Origin: Mobula hypostoma
Lineage: Eukaryota
Length of the DNA stretch: 64,000 bases
NCBI RefSeq assembly: GCF_963921235.1
Contig: NC_086106.1
Location: 24,738,001-24,802,000 of the forward strand
Reading direction: 5' to 3'
The notes under the pieces are model-generated. The model searched no databases, was not told the origin of the DNA, and saw only the letters and a program-made list of their open reading frames with translations. The position numbers and the translations under genes are program-made. Below are positions 63,040 through 64,000 of this stretch, one piece after another; within the stretch, counting starts at the first letter, position 1; each line of letters begins with the position of its first letter.

Positions 63040-63623
63040 GCCCCAGCATCAAATGGCAAGGAACTGGGCGAACGCGTGAAAGACCGTGCGCTAAGAGAGA
63101 TATGCTTTCGAAATTCAATGACGACCAAGGCTGCAGCCTGTTGTCGCATCGAGGAATCTTACAGTGGGAGAAATATGCCGAAACCAACAGAAACTACTGT
63201 AGTGTTGATGGCCAGGAAATCGGTACTAAGTTGAAAAACAGACGGTAGGGAATTGATGACGAGAGGCTGCAGCAATTTTAGGAAACATTTCGGTTGCCTC
63301 GACTTTCATAAAATGAAGGAAAAGTCAAACAGCTACACAGTAGCGTACTGATTTGCACAACGTTCTACTGTACCTATGCCACGTATTCAATTCCCACCAC
63401 TGCTTGTAAAGAAATTGCACTTTTTCCAGAAGGCGTGGGATTTATCTCGATTGCTCTGGTGCCCAAAGTCTGGCTGGATTTGGTAAACTGATTGGTTATT
63501 GTCCTGGAGCGTTTTAGGCTCTGATTTATGCAGTGTATTGACGGGCTGTGAGCAACGATACGCAGAAAGGGCAAATTCCTTACCGTATCTCAAACACATA
63601 AGTAATCAAACAAACAAGTACAT
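63040..63623 (-). pseudogene. Ancient inverted V relic, family B (copy 3), with leader
   Basis: 40-nt leader 63623-63584 with GTAAG donor. Minus strand of 63272-63309 matches V3 25415-25453 at about 26-27 of 39 nt. TAGTACCGATTTCCTGGCCAT gives (W)YRFPGH. Confidence 0.65.
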
Positions 63624-64000
63624 AAGTACGTAAATAAGAACCCGTTTGCCCAGCAAATCATATGTTTGGTGCGAAGTCGGAATGAATTTAGATTAAAAAA
63701 AAAAGTATCCAACGGTTTTAGATGACAGATAAATTATATTAAATGTCCATGTTCTTTGTATTTTTGCAGAACGGATGAAACAGTTTAAAATGTATGCCGG
63801 GAGATTCTTCTAAACTGCATCTGTTGCTGAATCCCTCTCGTGTGAAAAGGTGAAACCAAAATTCACTCCAACTGCATATCCATTTTCACGCCCATTATTA
63901 GGCTATATTTGAATTGATTGTTGCAAGTGTTCACACTGAATCTGCAGGAGAGTAATTGTGTTCAGAAGCAGAAATGGATTGCACCTTAGTTGCGCAATTC

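Noticed and set aside
1-64000. NAR-TCR cassette (NAR V-D-J plus leaderless supporting V-delta) or IgH-like TAILV
   Set aside because: All seven V have their own leader exon or a relic of one, and no NAR-type V, D or J segment was seen.

Overview
Vertebrate genomic DNA, probably from a cartilaginous fish (inferred from the CR1, Rex1, HE1-like and Penelope repeat families). The window is part of a T-cell receptor alpha/delta-type V-gene array. There are seven related plus-strand V segments, each built as a phase-1 leader exon, an intron, a V exon and a 23-bp-spacer RSS. V2, V3 and V5 look intact. V1 has an open frame but a broken RSS, V7 has a compensated frameshift, V6 is a pseudogene and V4 is heavily decayed. 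No D, J or C segment was found. Best new signals: (1) a near-invariant CTCF-like 14-mer (TCGATAGAGGGCGA) 22-29 bp (usually 24) after every RSS nonamer, kept even in the decayed V4, plus an oppositely oriented CTCF-like motif about 640 bp upstream of several leaders; (2) three further families of much older, unannotated V relics (11 copies, both strands) inside the duplicated spacers; (3) a Penelope insertion with a twin-priming inversion and a minimal hammerhead ribozyme core; (4) a Chapaev-like transposase remnant. The array grew by nested segmental and tandem duplications, several with readable junctions. The rest is decayed CR1, Rex1 and Gypsy elements, solo LTRs, SINEs and a 217-N gap. All alignments were done by eye.
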